A stretch of 64,000 bases of DNA from an uncultured Rhodoferax sp. (lineage in GTDB: Bacteria > Pseudomonadota > Gammaproteobacteria > Burkholderiales > Burkholderiaceae_C). Positions 31,208 through 41,896 of the stretch are shown one piece after another. Both the position numbers and the translations under genes were made by a program. Within the stretch, counting starts at the first letter, position 1. The number at the start of each line of letters is the position of its first letter. The notes beneath the pieces are model-generated. The model saw nothing but the letters and a program-made list of their open reading frames with translations. It had not been told where the DNA came from and ran no database searches. The stretch is taken from contig CAUPQG010000012.1 of the NCBI GenBank assembly GCA_963513355.1, forward strand, positions 46,624 through 110,623. The letters run 5' to 3'.

Positions 31208-31804
31208 GTGAACCTCGCCACAGTTTTCCACCCTCCCCCATTTTTGGGCCCAAGGCTGGTCTTGGCGTATGTTCTGTTGTCCACTGGCTGCACCTCGCTG
31301 CTCCCAAGCGCACACACCGAATCGCCCACTTTCCAGAGCTTTGACGCTGCACGCCAGGCGGTCGAGGCTTTGGTTCCATTGCGCAGTGGCATGACCGAAC
31401 TGACCGAGCGCGGTTTGACCCCTGACAAACAACCCAATACGGTCATCCTCACCCAAGCCGACATCGTGCGCAGGGTGTTCAATGGCGGCGTTCTGGTCAA
31501 GGACGATCTGGACCCTGGCATCGTGACCTGCATCAATGCCCGCACGGCCTGCAGGGGCTGGGAGCTCAACGTCGCACGCATCACCAAAGCGCGAACCGGC
31601 AATTTCTTCGCAGACTTTGTGAATTTCAAACGCCGAACCGAGACCACAGGTTGGCGCTTCAATGCGCTGATTTTGCTGGTCAACGACGTGGTGGTCTACC
31701 GTGGCTGGGGCGGCCAGCCTGTGGTCAATGAGGTGGAGGTCAACAGCAACCCCTTGGGTCCATTCCAGGACATGGGGCCCTCCACCATCACCAACGCCCA
31801 TTGA
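31208..31804 (+). CDS. Hypothetical lipoprotein
   Basis: GTG start and a lipobox-like LLSTGC. I recognise no family. Confidence 0.45.
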   Translation: MNLATVFHPPPFLGPRLVLAYVLLSTGCTSLLPSAHTESPTFQSFDAARQAVEALVPLRSGMTELTERGLTPDKQPNTVILTQADIVRRVFNGGVLVKDDLDPGIVTCINARTACRGWELNVARITKARTGNFFADFVNFKRRTETTGWRFNALILLVNDVVVYRGWGGQPVVNEVEVNSNPLGPFQDMGPSTITNAH

Positions 31805-31819
31805 GGCGTGGAACCGGGC

Positions 31820-32305
31820 TCAGTTAGTCTTGAGCAAACGCGCCAGCTGTTTACCTGACTCGTCCATCAACACAAGCTGGTCGCGCTCAATCCTGGCCTT
31901 ACGGGTCAACTCAAGCGCCTTGAAGAACAAGTCTTCCTGAGAGCCTGGCATGCTCAGGCAGGCCCTACCGGTCGACGCCAGTGGGCCCAGAACGAGACTG
32001 CCCGGGCTGGTCGTTACCGAGGCACCTGTAAAGCCATTGCAGCCTCCGGTGCCGGCCACCTTGTCCGCACCCAACCAACGCAGCTTGGGCTTGGGGTTGA
32101 CCACTTCGGCTTTGCCATCAATCGCGAACGCTGTCCACTCCGTGCCTGCCAAAGCCAGTGGGGCAGGTATCGTCGAAGCCGATGGGGCAGCCACCGATGG
32201 GGACGCTGCAGCCGGGGTCTTGCCTGATGGCGCCACCGCACAGGCACCCAGCAATACCGTGACCGTCAGGATGCCCAGTGTCAAGCGCAATTGCGGGAAT
32301 GCCAT
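31820..32305 (-). CDS. META-domain (HslJ-like) lipoprotein
   Basis: Lipobox LLGAC and the META-domain signature GTGGCNGFTG. Confidence 0.75.
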   Translation of the reverse strand: MAFPQLRLTLGILTVTVLLGACAVAPSGKTPAAASPSVAAPSASTIPAPLALAGTEWTAFAIDGKAEVVNPKPKLRWLGADKVAGTGGCNGFTGASVTTSPGSLVLGPLASTGRACLSMPGSQEDLFFKALELTRKARIERDQLVLMDESGKQLARLLKTN

Positions 32306-32317
32306 GGATACGCTCCG

Positions 32318-32866
32318 TCAATCAAAAAACTTGGCGTTAGCCCACAGATTGCCAGCCGCGTCCTTGGCAGACAGCTTGGGCGATTCGCCTAGGTCTGGCC
32401 ACTGGATGTTGAGGAACGGGTCATTCCAGGCAATGCACTGTTCATGCTCCGGCGCATAGTAGTCGGTAGTCTTGTACAGAAACTCTGCCGTATCTGACAG
32501 CACGACAAAACCATGGGCAAAACCCGCAGGCACCCAGAACTGAGCCTTGTTGTCAGCCGACAAATGCGCGCCCACCCATTTGCCAAAGGTTGGCGATGAG
32601 CGGCGGATGTCTACCGCCACGTCATAGACTTCGCCCGCCACCACGCGCACCAGCTTGCCTTGGGCCTGCTGGATTTGGTAGTGCAGACCACGCAGCACAC
32701 CGCGCGCAGAGCGGGAATGGTTGTCTTGCACAAACTCGGTAGTGACTCCGGTCGCCTCAGCAAAAGCACGCTGGTTAAAGCTCTCGTAAAAAAAACCCCT
32801 GGCATCACCGAACACGCGCGGCTCGATCAAGCACACATCGGGGATTGCGGTGCGTGTGACTTTCAT
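32318..32866 (-). CDS. rfbC: dTDP-4-dehydrorhamnose 3,5-epimerase
   Basis: [11 protein letters not shown]...RGLHYQ...[21 protein letters not shown]...FWVP.GFAHGF, a typical RmlC pattern. Confidence 0.93.
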   Translation of the reverse strand: MKVTRTAIPDVCLIEPRVFGDARGFFYESFNQRAFAEATGVTTEFVQDNHSRSARGVLRGLHYQIQQAQGKLVRVVAGEVYDVAVDIRRSSPTFGKWVGAHLSADNKAQFWVPAGFAHGFVVLSDTAEFLYKTTDYYAPEHEQCIAWNDPFLNIQWPDLGESPKLSAKDAAGNLWANAKFFD

Positions 32867-33786
32867 GGATGCATGCCTTCCTTCAACAGGCCCAACAGGT
32901 ACTGGCCGTAGCCGTTCTTGGCCAGCGGCTGCGCGAGTTTGGCCAGTTGTTCGTTATTGATGAATCCGTTGCGCCAGCAGATTTCTTCCAGGCACGCAAT
33001 CTTCAGTCCCTGGCGTCGCTCCAGCGTGGCGATGAACTGGCCCGCCTCCAGCAGGCTGTCATGGGTGCCGGTATCCAGCCACGCGTAGCCGCGCTGCATG
33101 ATCTGCACACTCAACTGCCCCAGATCCAGGTAGGCCTGGTTGACGGCGGTAATTTCCAGCTCGCCACGGGCGCTGGGTTTGACGGCCTTGGCAATGTCTA
33201 CGACCTGCTTGTCATAGAAATACAGGCCCGTGACTGCATAGTTGCTTTGGGGTTGTTTGGGTTTTTCTTCGATGCTGCGCGCCTTGCCCTTGTCGTCAAA
33301 AGCCACCACGCCGTAGCGCTCGGGGTCGTGCACATGGTAGGCAAACACGGTGGCACCGCTCTCCTGCTGGTGCGCATTGCGCAGCAGGATTTGCAGGTCG
33401 TGACCGTAGAAGATGTTGTCGCCCAGTACCAAGGCACTGTCGTTGTTGCCAATGAACTTATCGCCAATGATGAAGGCCTGGGCCAGGCCGTCAGGACTTG
33501 GCTGCACCGCATACTGCAGGTTGATACCCCACTGGCTGCCGTCACCCAGCAACTGCGTGAAACGTGGTGTGTCCTGCGGGGTGCTGATGATCAGGATGTC
33601 GCGTATACCGGCCAGCAGCAGTGTGCTCAGCGGGTAATAAATCATGGGCTTGTCGTACACCGGCAGCAATTGCTTGCTGATGGCCAGCGTGGCCGGGTGA
33701 AGGCGGGTGCCAGAGCCACCCGCCAGAATGATGCCCTTGCGGTTGGAAGCGGGGGAGTTATTGGTTGCGGCCATAGTCAATCTCAT
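32863..33786 (-). CDS. rfbA: Glucose-1-phosphate thymidylyltransferase
   Basis: [15 protein letters not shown]...[19 protein letters not shown]. The start may be the ATG at 33774. Confidence 0.93.
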   Translation of the reverse strand: MRLTMAATNNSPASNRKGIILAGGSGTRLHPATLAISKQLLPVYDKPMIYYPLSTLLLAGIRDILIISTPQDTPRFTQLLGDGSQWGINLQYAVQPSPDGLAQAFIIGDKFIGNNDSALVLGDNIFYGHDLQILLRNAHQQESGATVFAYHVHDPERYGVVAFDDKGKARSIEEKPKQPQSNYAVTGLYFYDKQVVDIAKAVKPSARGELEITAVNQAYLDLGQLSVQIMQRGYAWLDTGTHDSLLEAGQFIATLERRQGLKIACLEEICWRNGFINNEQLAKLAQPLAKNGYGQYLLGLLKEGMHP

Positions 33787-34687
33787 TCAACATGCGGGTA
33801 ACGCCTGCCTGCCAGTGGGGCAATTGCAGGCCGAAGGTAGTTTGCAGCTTGGTGGTGTCCAGCCGCGAATTGTGGGGGCGTTTGGCTGGTGTGGGGAAGG
33901 CCGAGGTAGGAACGGCCTTGATCTCCTTTGCTGCTATTTTTATAGCAGGCTGCGCAGATTCGGCGAGGGCTACCACATGTTTTGCGTATGCATGCCAGGT
34001 GGTAGTGCCACTTGCAACCAGGTGATAAATGCCAGCCAGTGACACATCACCACCGCCCCCCCCTGCTTTTACCTGGCGGATGGCGTGCGCCGTCACGTCG
34101 GCAATCAGGTCAGCACCGGTTGGCGCCCCAAACTGATCGTCAATCACTTGCAAGGTCTCACGTTCCTTGGCCAGGCGCAACATGGTCTTGGCAAAGTTGC
34201 CACCACGGGCCGCGTAGACCCAACTGGTGCGAAAAATCAGATGCCGCTGACAGCGCGCCACGGCCTGTTCGCCTTCCAACTTGGTGTGACCATACACGCT
34301 CAAGGGGCCTGTCGCATCGCCTTCTTTCCAAGGCTGCTCTCCACTGCCATCGAAAACGTAGTCGGTGCTGTAGTGGATCAGCCATGCGCCCAGCTTTTGA
34401 GCCTCATCGGCCAGCACGCCAGGAGCCTGCGCATTGAGCAGGCGGGCGAAATCGGGTTCGTTCTCAGCCTTGTCTACCGCCGTGTGGGCAGCAGCATTGA
34501 CGATGACGTCCGGGCGCACAGTTCGTACGGTTTCTGCCAACGCGTCCAACTGCGTGAAATCGCCACTGAGGCCACCAGGATTGGTGGCCCGGTCCAGCCC
34601 CATGACGACCAGTTCACCCAGTGGCGCCAGACTGCGCTGCAGCTCCCAGCCCACCTGGCCGTCGGTACCTAACAAAAGGACTTTCAT
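33758..34687 (-). CDS. rfbD: dTDP-4-dehydrorhamnose reductase
   Basis: [16 protein letters not shown]...[12 protein letters not shown]...STDYVFDG...YG.TKL.GE...[16 protein letters not shown]. Confidence 0.92.
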   Translation of the reverse strand: MKVLLLGTDGQVGWELQRSLAPLGELVVMGLDRATNPGGLSGDFTQLDALAETVRTVRPDVIVNAAAHTAVDKAENEPDFARLLNAQAPGVLADEAQKLGAWLIHYSTDYVFDGSGEQPWKEGDATGPLSVYGHTKLEGEQAVARCQRHLIFRTSWVYAARGGNFAKTMLRLAKERETLQVIDDQFGAPTGADLIADVTAHAIRQVKAGGGGGDVSLAGIYHLVASGTTTWHAYAKHVVALAESAQPAIKIAAKEIKAVPTSAFPTPAKRPHNSRLDTTKLQTTFGLQLPHWQAGVTRMLNEIDYGRNQ

Positions 34688-35760
34688 ATTGCAGTGGCGG
34701 CTTTGCCGTATTGCGTTTCCACCCAGTCGCGGTAACCCCCGCTCTGCACATTGGCCACCCAGTCCTGGTTGGACAGATACCAGGCCACGGTCTTGGCGAT
34801 ACCCGTCTCAAAAGATTCAGCCGGTTTCCAGCCCAGTTCGCGTTCTATTTTTCGGGCATCAATGGCATAACGTCGGTCATGGCCAGGACGGTCCGTGACA
34901 AAGGCGATCTGGTCCTGGTAGGGCTTGCCGTCGGCACGGGGCTTCAGGTTGTCAAGCAGGCCACAAATGGTGCGCACGATGTCCAGATTGGCCTTTTCGT
35001 TCCATCCACCCACGTTGTAGGTTTCACCGGGCTTGCCGGCTTCCAACACACGGCGGATGGCGCTGCAATGGTCTTTGACATAGAGCCAGTCGCGGATCTG
35101 CTGGCCGTCACCATACACCGGCAGGGTCTTGCCCGCCAGCGCGTTGACGATGACCAGCGGGATCAACTTTTCGGGGAAATGGTAGGGACCATAGTTATTG
35201 GAACAATTGGTGGTCAGCACCGGCAGGCCATAGGTGTGATGCCAGGCGCGCACGAGGTGGTCGCTGGCGGCCTTGCTGGCGCTGTAGGGGCTATTGGGCT
35301 CATAGGTATGCGTTTCGGTGAAGGCAGGGTCACCCTTGTTCAGCGAACCATAGACCTCATCAGTGGACACATGCAGGAAACGGAAATCGCTCTTGGCTGG
35401 CGCAGCGAGCGCGCCCCAGTAGCTGCGCACCGACTCCAGCAGCTGGAAAGTCCCCACGATGTTGTTTTGCACAAATTCGCCCGGACCATGGATGGATCGA
35501 TCCACATGGGACTCGGCGGCAAAGTTGACCACAGCACGGGGCTGGTACTGGGCCAACAAGGCGGGCAACAGGCTGGCGTCACCAATATCCCCTTTGACGA
35601 AAATGTGGCGCGGGTTGTCCTTGAGGCTTGCAAGGTTCTGCAGGTTGCCAGCGTAGCTGAGCTTGTCAAGGTTGACAACGGTCTCATCCGACTGTGCCAG
35701 CCAGTCCAACACATAGTTGGAGCCAATAAATCCGGCGCCGCCGGTCACAAGAATGGTCAT
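34684..35760 (-). CDS. rfbB: dTDP-glucose 4,6-dehydratase
   Basis: [15 protein letters not shown]...[11 protein letters not shown]...STDEVYG...[16 protein letters not shown]. The start was set at the ATG at 35760. Confidence 0.95.
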   Translation of the reverse strand: MTILVTGGAGFIGSNYVLDWLAQSDETVVNLDKLSYAGNLQNLASLKDNPRHIFVKGDIGDASLLPALLAQYQPRAVVNFAAESHVDRSIHGPGEFVQNNIVGTFQLLESVRSYWGALAAPAKSDFRFLHVSTDEVYGSLNKGDPAFTETHTYEPNSPYSASKAASDHLVRAWHHTYGLPVLTTNCSNNYGPYHFPEKLIPLVIVNALAGKTLPVYGDGQQIRDWLYVKDHCSAIRRVLEAGKPGETYNVGGWNEKANLDIVRTICGLLDNLKPRADGKPYQDQIAFVTDRPGHDRRYAIDARKIERELGWKPAESFETGIAKTVAWYLSNQDWVANVQSGGYRDWVETQYGKAATAI

Positions 35761-35919
35761 GGGGGATAGGGTCCGTTCAAATGGAGTCGAGATATTACCT
35801 GCCCTGCATTTTCGCATTCAAAAGCATCCGTCCTTTGTAAGCGGTTGTAGTCCAAATGACTAAGCCGCACAGGCCATGGGTACACCGGCAAATCATCGAC
35901 AATCATCCCTTGCTAGCGA

Positions 35920-36624
35920 ATGCACAACCCTATGCCAACTGATTTACCCCAAACCCTACCCAACAAGCATACTCCGCCGCTCTTTTGGTGGATGGTAGGC
36001 GGTAGCATTGCCATGGCGTTAGTACCCACCATTTGGACGGCCCTGGATCTGCGGGCTGCGGCCATTTTTCTCGGTCCCGATGCGCACAGCCAGGTCTTTC
36101 GCTGGTGGTGGGTGGAATTGATCAACCTCTATGTACCCGCTGCGTTTAGGGTCATCGTGTTTGCGGCACTGGGCGGTTGGATTTGGGCAGCCTTCAGTTC
36201 AACCAGACGGCATTGGCGAACACCGCTAGCATTTATTGTTTTGGCCGGGGCATTGGGTCCGGGTCTGGTCGTGAACAGCGGGTTCAAGGAGAACTGGCAA
36301 CGGGCACGTCCCTATCAGGTACAGGAATTTGGCGGCCCACAGCAATTCACCCGTGCAGCAGTCATGACCGACCAGTGCGACAACAATTGCTCATTCGTCA
36401 GCGGTCATGTAGCCTGCGGCTTCTTCTTCGCCTCCCTCATGCTGATCGATCGCAGACGCTACAAAGCTTGGGGAACTGCAGGTTTCATAGCCGGCTTGGG
36501 CATTGGATTTGCCCGTATGGCCGATGGAGCACATTGGCTCAGCGACGTGATGTGGGCTAGCCCCATCACGCTCATGACAAGTTGGCTGGTCTGGAAAGCA
36601 CTGTTGCGCTTCTACCGTACCTAG
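35920..36624 (+). CDS. PAP2-family membrane phosphatase
   Basis: Multiple TM segments and PAP2 motifs (KENWQRARP, SFVSGH, ARMADGAHWLSD). Confidence 0.8.
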   Translation: MHNPMPTDLPQTLPNKHTPPLFWWMVGGSIAMALVPTIWTALDLRAAAIFLGPDAHSQVFRWWWVELINLYVPAAFRVIVFAALGGWIWAAFSSTRRHWRTPLAFIVLAGALGPGLVVNSGFKENWQRARPYQVQEFGGPQQFTRAAVMTDQCDNNCSFVSGHVACGFFFASLMLIDRRRYKAWGTAGFIAGLGIGFARMADGAHWLSDVMWASPITLMTSWLVWKALLRFYRT

Positions 36625-36748
36625 GGCAGGCAGGCGTTATCCGGACTGTCGCCCAACGATTGGCATAAAGCAGGTACCCGGTGACATGCAATCTGCGTAG
36701 AATCTTCTCGCAGCCCATTGCGTTTTTTGAAACCAGCAGGACCAGCCC

Positions 36749-38314
36749 ATGGATTTGATTTTTGCCGAAGAAGAGTCCCCCCCCTCCGGTAACCCAAAGG
36801 CTGCTCCAAAAAAGCCCTGGTGCATCCTGTTGGTTGATGATGATGCCGAAGTGCATGCGGTAACCCGTCTGGCGCTCAAGGGATTCGAGTTTCAGGGCAG
36901 CGAACTGGAATTGCTCAGCGCCCATTCTGCCCAGGCTGGCAGGGAAATCTTTAGCACCCGTGACGACATTGCATTGGCGATTGTTGACGTCGTCATGGAG
37001 ACGGATCACGCAGGCCTGGACCTGGTTCATTACGTACGCAACACGCTTGAGAACCACCGGACACGATTGGTGATGCGCACCGGGCAGCCCGGTCAAGCGC
37101 CGGAAGACCGGGTGATTCGGGAATACGACATTGATGACTACAAGGAAAAGACCGACCTGACGATTCAGAAGTTGCGCACCCTGCTGTACAGCAAGCTCAG
37201 AGCCTACCGCGACCTATGCGTCATCGAATACCAGCGCGACGGACTGGCCCGCGTGCTGGAGGCAACGGCCATGGTGCAAACTGCCGAATCCTTAACGGTC
37301 TTCGCTTCAGCAGTGCTGGACCAGCTCACCTCCTTGCTGCATCTGGACAAGTCTGCTCTCTACTGCATCATTTTGCCGAACGCAGAAAGCGGGGAGCATG
37401 AGACCAGAACTATTGCGGCCACTGGTGACTTTGTTCAATACAACACGGATGCCGCGTGTGACAACTTGCCGGAAATCGTGTCACAACGATTCGCCGAAGT
37501 GTTTGCGAAAAAAGCTGGACAGCACTTTGACGACGCCTATGTGTTGTATTCAGCAGCAAAGAATGGTGGCGGCAACCTTTTGTATCTGAAGCACGCCATC
37601 GAATTGGGAAAACTGGACCGGCAGCTGCTTGAAATCTACACCCAGAGCGTAGCCATTACTTTTGAGAACATTCACCTGCAGGACGACCTGCGGGAAACCC
37701 AAAAGGAACTCGTCTTTACCCTGGCAGATGCGGTGGAGGCGCGCACCCAAAAGACTGGCGCACATGTCAAACGGGTCGCCATGGCCTGCCAAATGCTGGC
37801 GCGTATGTACGGATTGCCAGAAGCGCAAATTGCACTGATTCAGAACGCATCGCCGTTGCACGATATCGGCAAAGTCGCCATACCCGACGCCATTCTGCAC
37901 AAACCCGGCAAACTGAACGCGGATGAGTGGGTCCTCATGCAGCAACACGCGCAATTTGGGTTGGACATACTGCAGCGGTCCAACCGGCCTCTCATGAAAA
38001 TGGCGGCTGAAATCGCCCTCTCGCACCACGAACGTTGGGACGGTACCGGTTATCCCAATGGGCTGGCGGGAACAGACATACCGGTGTCCGCGCGCATCAC
38101 CGCGTTGGCCGATGTATTTGACTCCCTGGGTTCCCAACTCAGCTACAAAGAACCTTGGTCGCCAGAAATGGTAGCCAATGCCATCCGCGAAGGTAGCGGA
38201 CGTCAGTTCGAGCCTGCGCTGGTGGACCTGCTTTTGTCGAATCTGGATGCCTTCAACGCCCTGCGCCAAACACATCCTGACGACACCGATACGGCGACCT
38301 CCATCGGGCCCTAG
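36749..38314 (+). CDS. Response regulator with HD-GYP domain (c-di-GMP phosphodiesterase type)
   Basis: Receiver (ILLVDDD ... AIVDVVME ... KEK), a long linker domain, then HDIGKVAIPD and HHERWDGTGYPNGL. Confidence 0.88.
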   Translation: MDLIFAEEESPPSGNPKAAPKKPWCILLVDDDAEVHAVTRLALKGFEFQGSELELLSAHSAQAGREIFSTRDDIALAIVDVVMETDHAGLDLVHYVRNTLENHRTRLVMRTGQPGQAPEDRVIREYDIDDYKEKTDLTIQKLRTLLYSKLRAYRDLCVIEYQRDGLARVLEATAMVQTAESLTVFASAVLDQLTSLLHLDKSALYCIILPNAESGEHETRTIAATGDFVQYNTDAACDNLPEIVSQRFAEVFAKKAGQHFDDAYVLYSAAKNGGGNLLYLKHAIELGKLDRQLLEIYTQSVAITFENIHLQDDLRETQKELVFTLADAVEARTQKTGAHVKRVAMACQMLARMYGLPEAQIALIQNASPLHDIGKVAIPDAILHKPGKLNADEWVLMQQHAQFGLDILQRSNRPLMKMAAEIALSHHERWDGTGYPNGLAGTDIPVSARITALADVFDSLGSQLSYKEPWSPEMVANAIREGSGRQFEPALVDLLLSNLDAFNALRQTHPDDTDTATSIGP

Positions 38315-39222
38315 ACCAGACCGGTATGTACCGTGGGATAACGCAGACTTAACCGCAACTCGCGTTTCATTCGGAAGTTGACCATGCGGCGCGATTCATT
38401 CATGAAGCTCAAAAGCGCCGGGGCCAAGACTGCAGCGGCCTCAGCGCGCGCAATGCGTGGTGGACGCGGCAGCCCGTACAAATCAGCAGCAAGGTCAAAA
38501 TAGTCGCCCATCAACATGTCGCTGTCGTCGTTGACGTTATAGATCCGCTGGGACGCGCCTCGCCATAGCGCGAGACAGCAGGCGCGTGCCAGGTCATCAG
38601 CATGGATGTGATTAGTGTAGACATCATCTATTGGGCGCAACACTGGCGTGCCCCTCAGCAAACGCGCACGGGGGGTTCCACCCTCACGGTCAGGCGCATA
38701 GATTCCGGGGATACGCAGTATGCTCATTCGCACAAAACTTGCGAGACCCCAAAAACGAAGTTGGGCCTCAGCATGGGTGCGCCGCTCGGCTCTGGGAGTT
38801 ACGGCACATTGTGGCCGGGTTTCTGCCACCCACGCGCCCCCACAATCGCCATACACACCGCTCGTGGAACCGTAGACAGCGCTGCGTGGCTGGCTGCGCA
38901 AACGCAGGGTACGGACCAGTGCTTGCGTGCGCGGGTCGGTCTTTGCAACCTGCGGTGGCGGAGCCAGGTGTACCAATCTAGTTGCCAGACCGGCCAGCCG
39001 GCGCAGGCTATCGGGCACATCCAGATTTCCTTGCAAAGGCGTAATACCCGAAGCCCGCAACTCAGCGGCCCGACCGGGCTGCGAGGTCAGCGCCAGTAGC
39101 CGCACTCTGCCGCGCAGACATTGGGCCACACGCAATCCCACATCGCCACAACCGACAATCAACACACGTTCGCGGCGAAATCGGGCAGGCAAGGCGCCTA
39201 GAGGTGTCTGGTTTGAAGGCAA
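38311..39222 (-). CDS. NAD-dependent epimerase/dehydratase-family (SDR) protein
   Basis: Rossmann motif VLIVGCGDVG near the N-terminus. The apparent start is TTG. It overlaps the preceding convergent gene by 4 nt. Confidence 0.65.
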   Translation of the reverse strand: MPSNQTPLGALPARFRRERVLIVGCGDVGLRVAQCLRGRVRLLALTSQPGRAAELRASGITPLQGNLDVPDSLRRLAGLATRLVHLAPPPQVAKTDPRTQALVRTLRLRSQPRSAVYGSTSGVYGDCGGAWVAETRPQCAVTPRAERRTHAEAQLRFWGLASFVRMSILRIPGIYAPDREGGTPRARLLRGTPVLRPIDDVYTNHIHADDLARACCLALWRGASQRIYNVNDDSDMLMGDYFDLAADLYGLPRPPRIARAEAAAVLAPALLSFMNESRRMVNFRMKRELRLSLRYPTVHTGLV

Positions 39223-39270
39223 AATCGCTTATCCGTATAAATATTTGAGTGTTCCTAGGATACCTACAAG

Positions 39271-40323
39271 ATGACAGCAAGCAGTTCAGACACCACACAA
39301 TTTTCCGTGTCGGTGCAACCCAGTCGCCGCTCTTTCAATGTGGCGAAGGGAGAAGCGGTATTGGCTGCAGGCATCCGCCAGGGCATTGGTCTACCCTACG
39401 GGTGCAAGGATGGAGCCTGTGGCTCCTGCAAGTGCAAGCTTCTGTCCGGCACGGTTACGCATGGGGCCCACCAAGCAAAGGCTTTGAGCGCGGAAGAAGA
39501 AGCAGCAGGCTTTGTGCTGACTTGCTGTGCACAAGCGCAATCGGATCTGGAGCTTGAGTCACGCCAGGTGACCGAACTGGGCGCCCTGCCGATCAAAAAA
39601 ATGCCAACGCGTGTGATCTCGTTGGCAAAGAAGTCCGACGATGTCATGGTTCTGCAATTGCAAATGCCAGCCAACGACAGCTTTGCATACCGAGCCGGTC
39701 AGTACGTCGAGTTCATCCTGCGGGATGGGGCTCGCCGGAGCTACTCCATGGCAAACGCACCCAGTCTGGGGCCTAGTCTTGAGCTTCACATCCGTCACAT
39801 GCCCGGCGGCAAGTTCACCGACCACGTATTTGGCACGATGAAAGAGAAAGAGATCCTTCGCGTTGAGGGACCATTTGGCTCGTTTTTCCTGCGCGAAGAC
39901 TCCGAAAAACCCATCATCCTGCTTGCATCGGGCACGGGATTCGCACCGATCAAGGCGCTGATCGAACACATGCAGCACATCGAAACAGAACGCAGCGTGA
40001 CGCTGTACTGGGGTGGTCGCAGACCTACCGACTTGTACATGGAGGAATGGATCAAGGCGCAATTGCCAACCATGCCGCACTTGCGTTACGTCCCGGTGGT
40101 CTCGGACGCCGCAGCTGACGATCAGTGGTCTGGTCGCACGGGCTTTGTACACCGCGCGGTGATCGAAGATTTTCCCGACCTCAGCGGCCACCAGGTCTAT
40201 GCCTGCGGCGCCCCCATAGTCATTGAATCAGCGCGCAGGGATTTTTCTGCTCTGGCCCAACTACCGCCTGAGGAGTTTTTCGCGGACTCGTTTACTTCCG
40301 AGGCCGATAAGGCCCAAGCATAA
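39271..40323 (+). CDS. 2Fe-2S ferredoxin / FAD-NAD(P) oxidoreductase (CDP-6-deoxy-delta-3,4-glucoseen reductase-like)
   Basis: Plant-type ferredoxin cysteines (CKDGACGSCKC...C), the FNR-like RSYSMAN FAD motif and the GTGFAP NAD(P) motif. Confidence 0.85.
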   Translation: MTASSSDTTQFSVSVQPSRRSFNVAKGEAVLAAGIRQGIGLPYGCKDGACGSCKCKLLSGTVTHGAHQAKALSAEEEAAGFVLTCCAQAQSDLELESRQVTELGALPIKKMPTRVISLAKKSDDVMVLQLQMPANDSFAYRAGQYVEFILRDGARRSYSMANAPSLGPSLELHIRHMPGGKFTDHVFGTMKEKEILRVEGPFGSFFLREDSEKPIILLASGTGFAPIKALIEHMQHIETERSVTLYWGGRRPTDLYMEEWIKAQLPTMPHLRYVPVVSDAAADDQWSGRTGFVHRAVIEDFPDLSGHQVYACGAPIVIESARRDFSALAQLPPEEFFADSFTSEADKAQA

Positions 40324-40327
40324 AAAA

Positions 40328-40350
40328 AGCGCCACCGTTAGGGTGGCGCT
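40328..40350. terminator. Hairpin terminator between the reductase gene and livF (best fit for the minus-strand liv operon)
   Basis: AGCGCCACC-GTTAG-GGTGGCGCT, flanked on the left by A7, which reads as T7 after the hairpin on the minus strand. Confidence 0.6.
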
Positions 40351-40369
40351 TGGCATCAGCGATCCGGAC

Positions 40370-41089
40370 TCACTCGCCAAGATAGGCAGCACGCACCCGA
40401 GGATCGGTCAGCATATCGGCGGCGTTGCCCGACATGGTCACAATGCCGGATTCCATCACGTACCCGCGGTTGGCAATGCCCAGCGCTCGGCTGGCATTTT
40501 GCTCCACCAGCAAAACGGTCACACCCTGTGCGTACACATCTTTAACAACCTCGAAAATTTTGTCCACCATGATGGGCGACAGACCCATGGAGGGCTCGTC
40601 CAGCAACAAGACCTTGGGGCGGCTCATCAGCGCACGGCCCATGGCCAGCATCTGCTGCTCGCCACCGGACATGGTGCCGGCGAGTTGGTCTTTGCGCTCA
40701 CGCAAACGCGGGAAGATGGTGAACATCTTTTCCATGTCTGCCGCAATTCCATCTTTGTCGTTGCGAATGTAGGCACCCATCTGCAGGTTTTCGATGATGG
40801 TCATGCGGGTAAACACGCCGCGACCCTCTGGCACCATGGCCAGACCCTGCTTGACCAGATCCCAGGGGCCCTGGCCACGAATGCTCTTGCCGAGATACTC
40901 AATATCGCCAGCGTTGATGGGTTGTGTTCCAGTGATCGCCTTCATAGTGGTGGTTTTGCCAGCACCGTTGGAGCCGATCAACGAGACCAGTTCGCCTTCA
41001 TGCACTTCGAAATCCACACCCTTGACCGCCTGAATGCCGCCGTAGGAAACCTTTAAGCCGGTTACTTTGAGCAAAGTCTTTGTTGTCAT
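40370..41089 (-). CDS. livF: Branched-chain amino-acid ABC transporter ATP-binding protein
   Basis: LKV.GL.V.YGGIQAVKGVDFEV.EGE.V.LIG.NGAGKTT ... LSGGEQQMLA.GRAL...P..LLLDEPS.GL. The start was set at the ATG at 41089, with GGAGAA upstream. Confidence 0.92.
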   Translation of the reverse strand: MTTKTLLKVTGLKVSYGGIQAVKGVDFEVHEGELVSLIGSNGAGKTTTMKAITGTQPINAGDIEYLGKSIRGQGPWDLVKQGLAMVPEGRGVFTRMTIIENLQMGAYIRNDKDGIAADMEKMFTIFPRLRERKDQLAGTMSGGEQQMLAMGRALMSRPKVLLLDEPSMGLSPIMVDKIFEVVKDVYAQGVTVLLVEQNASRALGIANRGYVMESGIVTMSGNAADMLTDPRVRAAYLGE

Positions 41090-41111
41090 TGTCTTGTTCT
41101 CCTGAAGCCGC

Positions 41112-41882
41112 CTAGTGGCCGCTGGTGCCCAGATACGCTTCAATCACTTTTTCGTTTTTCTGCACATCGGCCGGTGTACCTTCGGCGATTTGCTTGCCGT
41201 AATCCAGCACCGTCACGCGATCGCACAGGCCCATGACCAGTTTCACATCGTGCTCGATCAGCAAAATAGTGCGGTTGTCATTGCGGATTCGGTCAATCAA
41301 TTCGCGCAGCATGACCTTTTCAGTGGCATTCATGCCGGCAGCCGGCTCGTCCAGCGCAATCAATTGGGGATCGGTCGCCAGCGCGCGCGCAATCTCCAAA
41401 CGACGCTGGTCACCATAACTGAGCGTGCGAGCCTTGTAGTCGGCAAACTTCCCGATTCCGACGTAGTCCAGCAACTCTTGGGAGCGCTTGGCAATCGCGG
41501 CTTCCTCGGCCTTGAATCCGGCAGTGCGGAAGATTGCCCCCATCAAACCTGAATGCGTGCGGATGTGGCGCCCGACCATCACATTCTCCAGGGCTGTCAT
41601 CTCGGCAAACAAGCGAATGTTCTGGAACGTTCGTGCAATACCGGCCTTTGCCACGGTATGCACCGCAGTAGGTTGGTAGGTCTTGCCGGCCAGCTCAAAA
41701 CTGCCGCTGTCCGGTGTGTAGAGCCCGGTCAAAACATTGAAAAAAGTCGTCTTGCCAGCGCCATTGGGGCCGATCAATCCATACACCTGGCCACGTTCGA
41801 TCTTGATGCCCACATCGCTGAGTGCCTGCAAACCACCAAACCGCTTGGAAACGCCGGAGACGTTGAGTACTGTATCTGTCAT
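41112..41882 (-). CDS. livG: Branched-chain amino-acid ABC transporter ATP-binding protein
   Basis: LIGPNGAGKTTFFN..TG.Y.P..G ... ARTFQNIRLF..MT..EN ... LSYGDQRRLEIARALAT.P...ALDEPAAGMN. Confidence 0.92.
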   Translation of the reverse strand: MTDTVLNVSGVSKRFGGLQALSDVGIKIERGQVYGLIGPNGAGKTTFFNVLTGLYTPDSGSFELAGKTYQPTAVHTVAKAGIARTFQNIRLFAEMTALENVMVGRHIRTHSGLMGAIFRTAGFKAEEAAIAKRSQELLDYVGIGKFADYKARTLSYGDQRRLEIARALATDPQLIALDEPAAGMNATEKVMLRELIDRIRNDNRTILLIEHDVKLVMGLCDRVTVLDYGKQIAEGTPADVQKNEKVIEAYLGTSGH

Positions 41883-41896
41883 GTTGTGTGTTCCGT

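Noticed and set aside
33931-33980. A sequence resembling the dispersed repeat (GCTATTTTTATAGC hairpin, then GGCGAGGGCTACCAC) inside rfbD.
   Set aside because: It lies within the rfbD reading frame. It encodes a segment ([23 protein letters not shown]) that aligns without any insertion to the equivalent region of E. coli RfbD. The G-box match is weak. It is probably a chance resemblance.
35999-36011. GGCGGTAGCATTG, which resembles the RfaH ops element (GGCGGTAGnnTG), near the rfb cluster.
   Set aside because: It is inside the PAP2 coding sequence, on the strand opposite the rfb operon, and it mismatches the terminal TG. It is not in a leader region.
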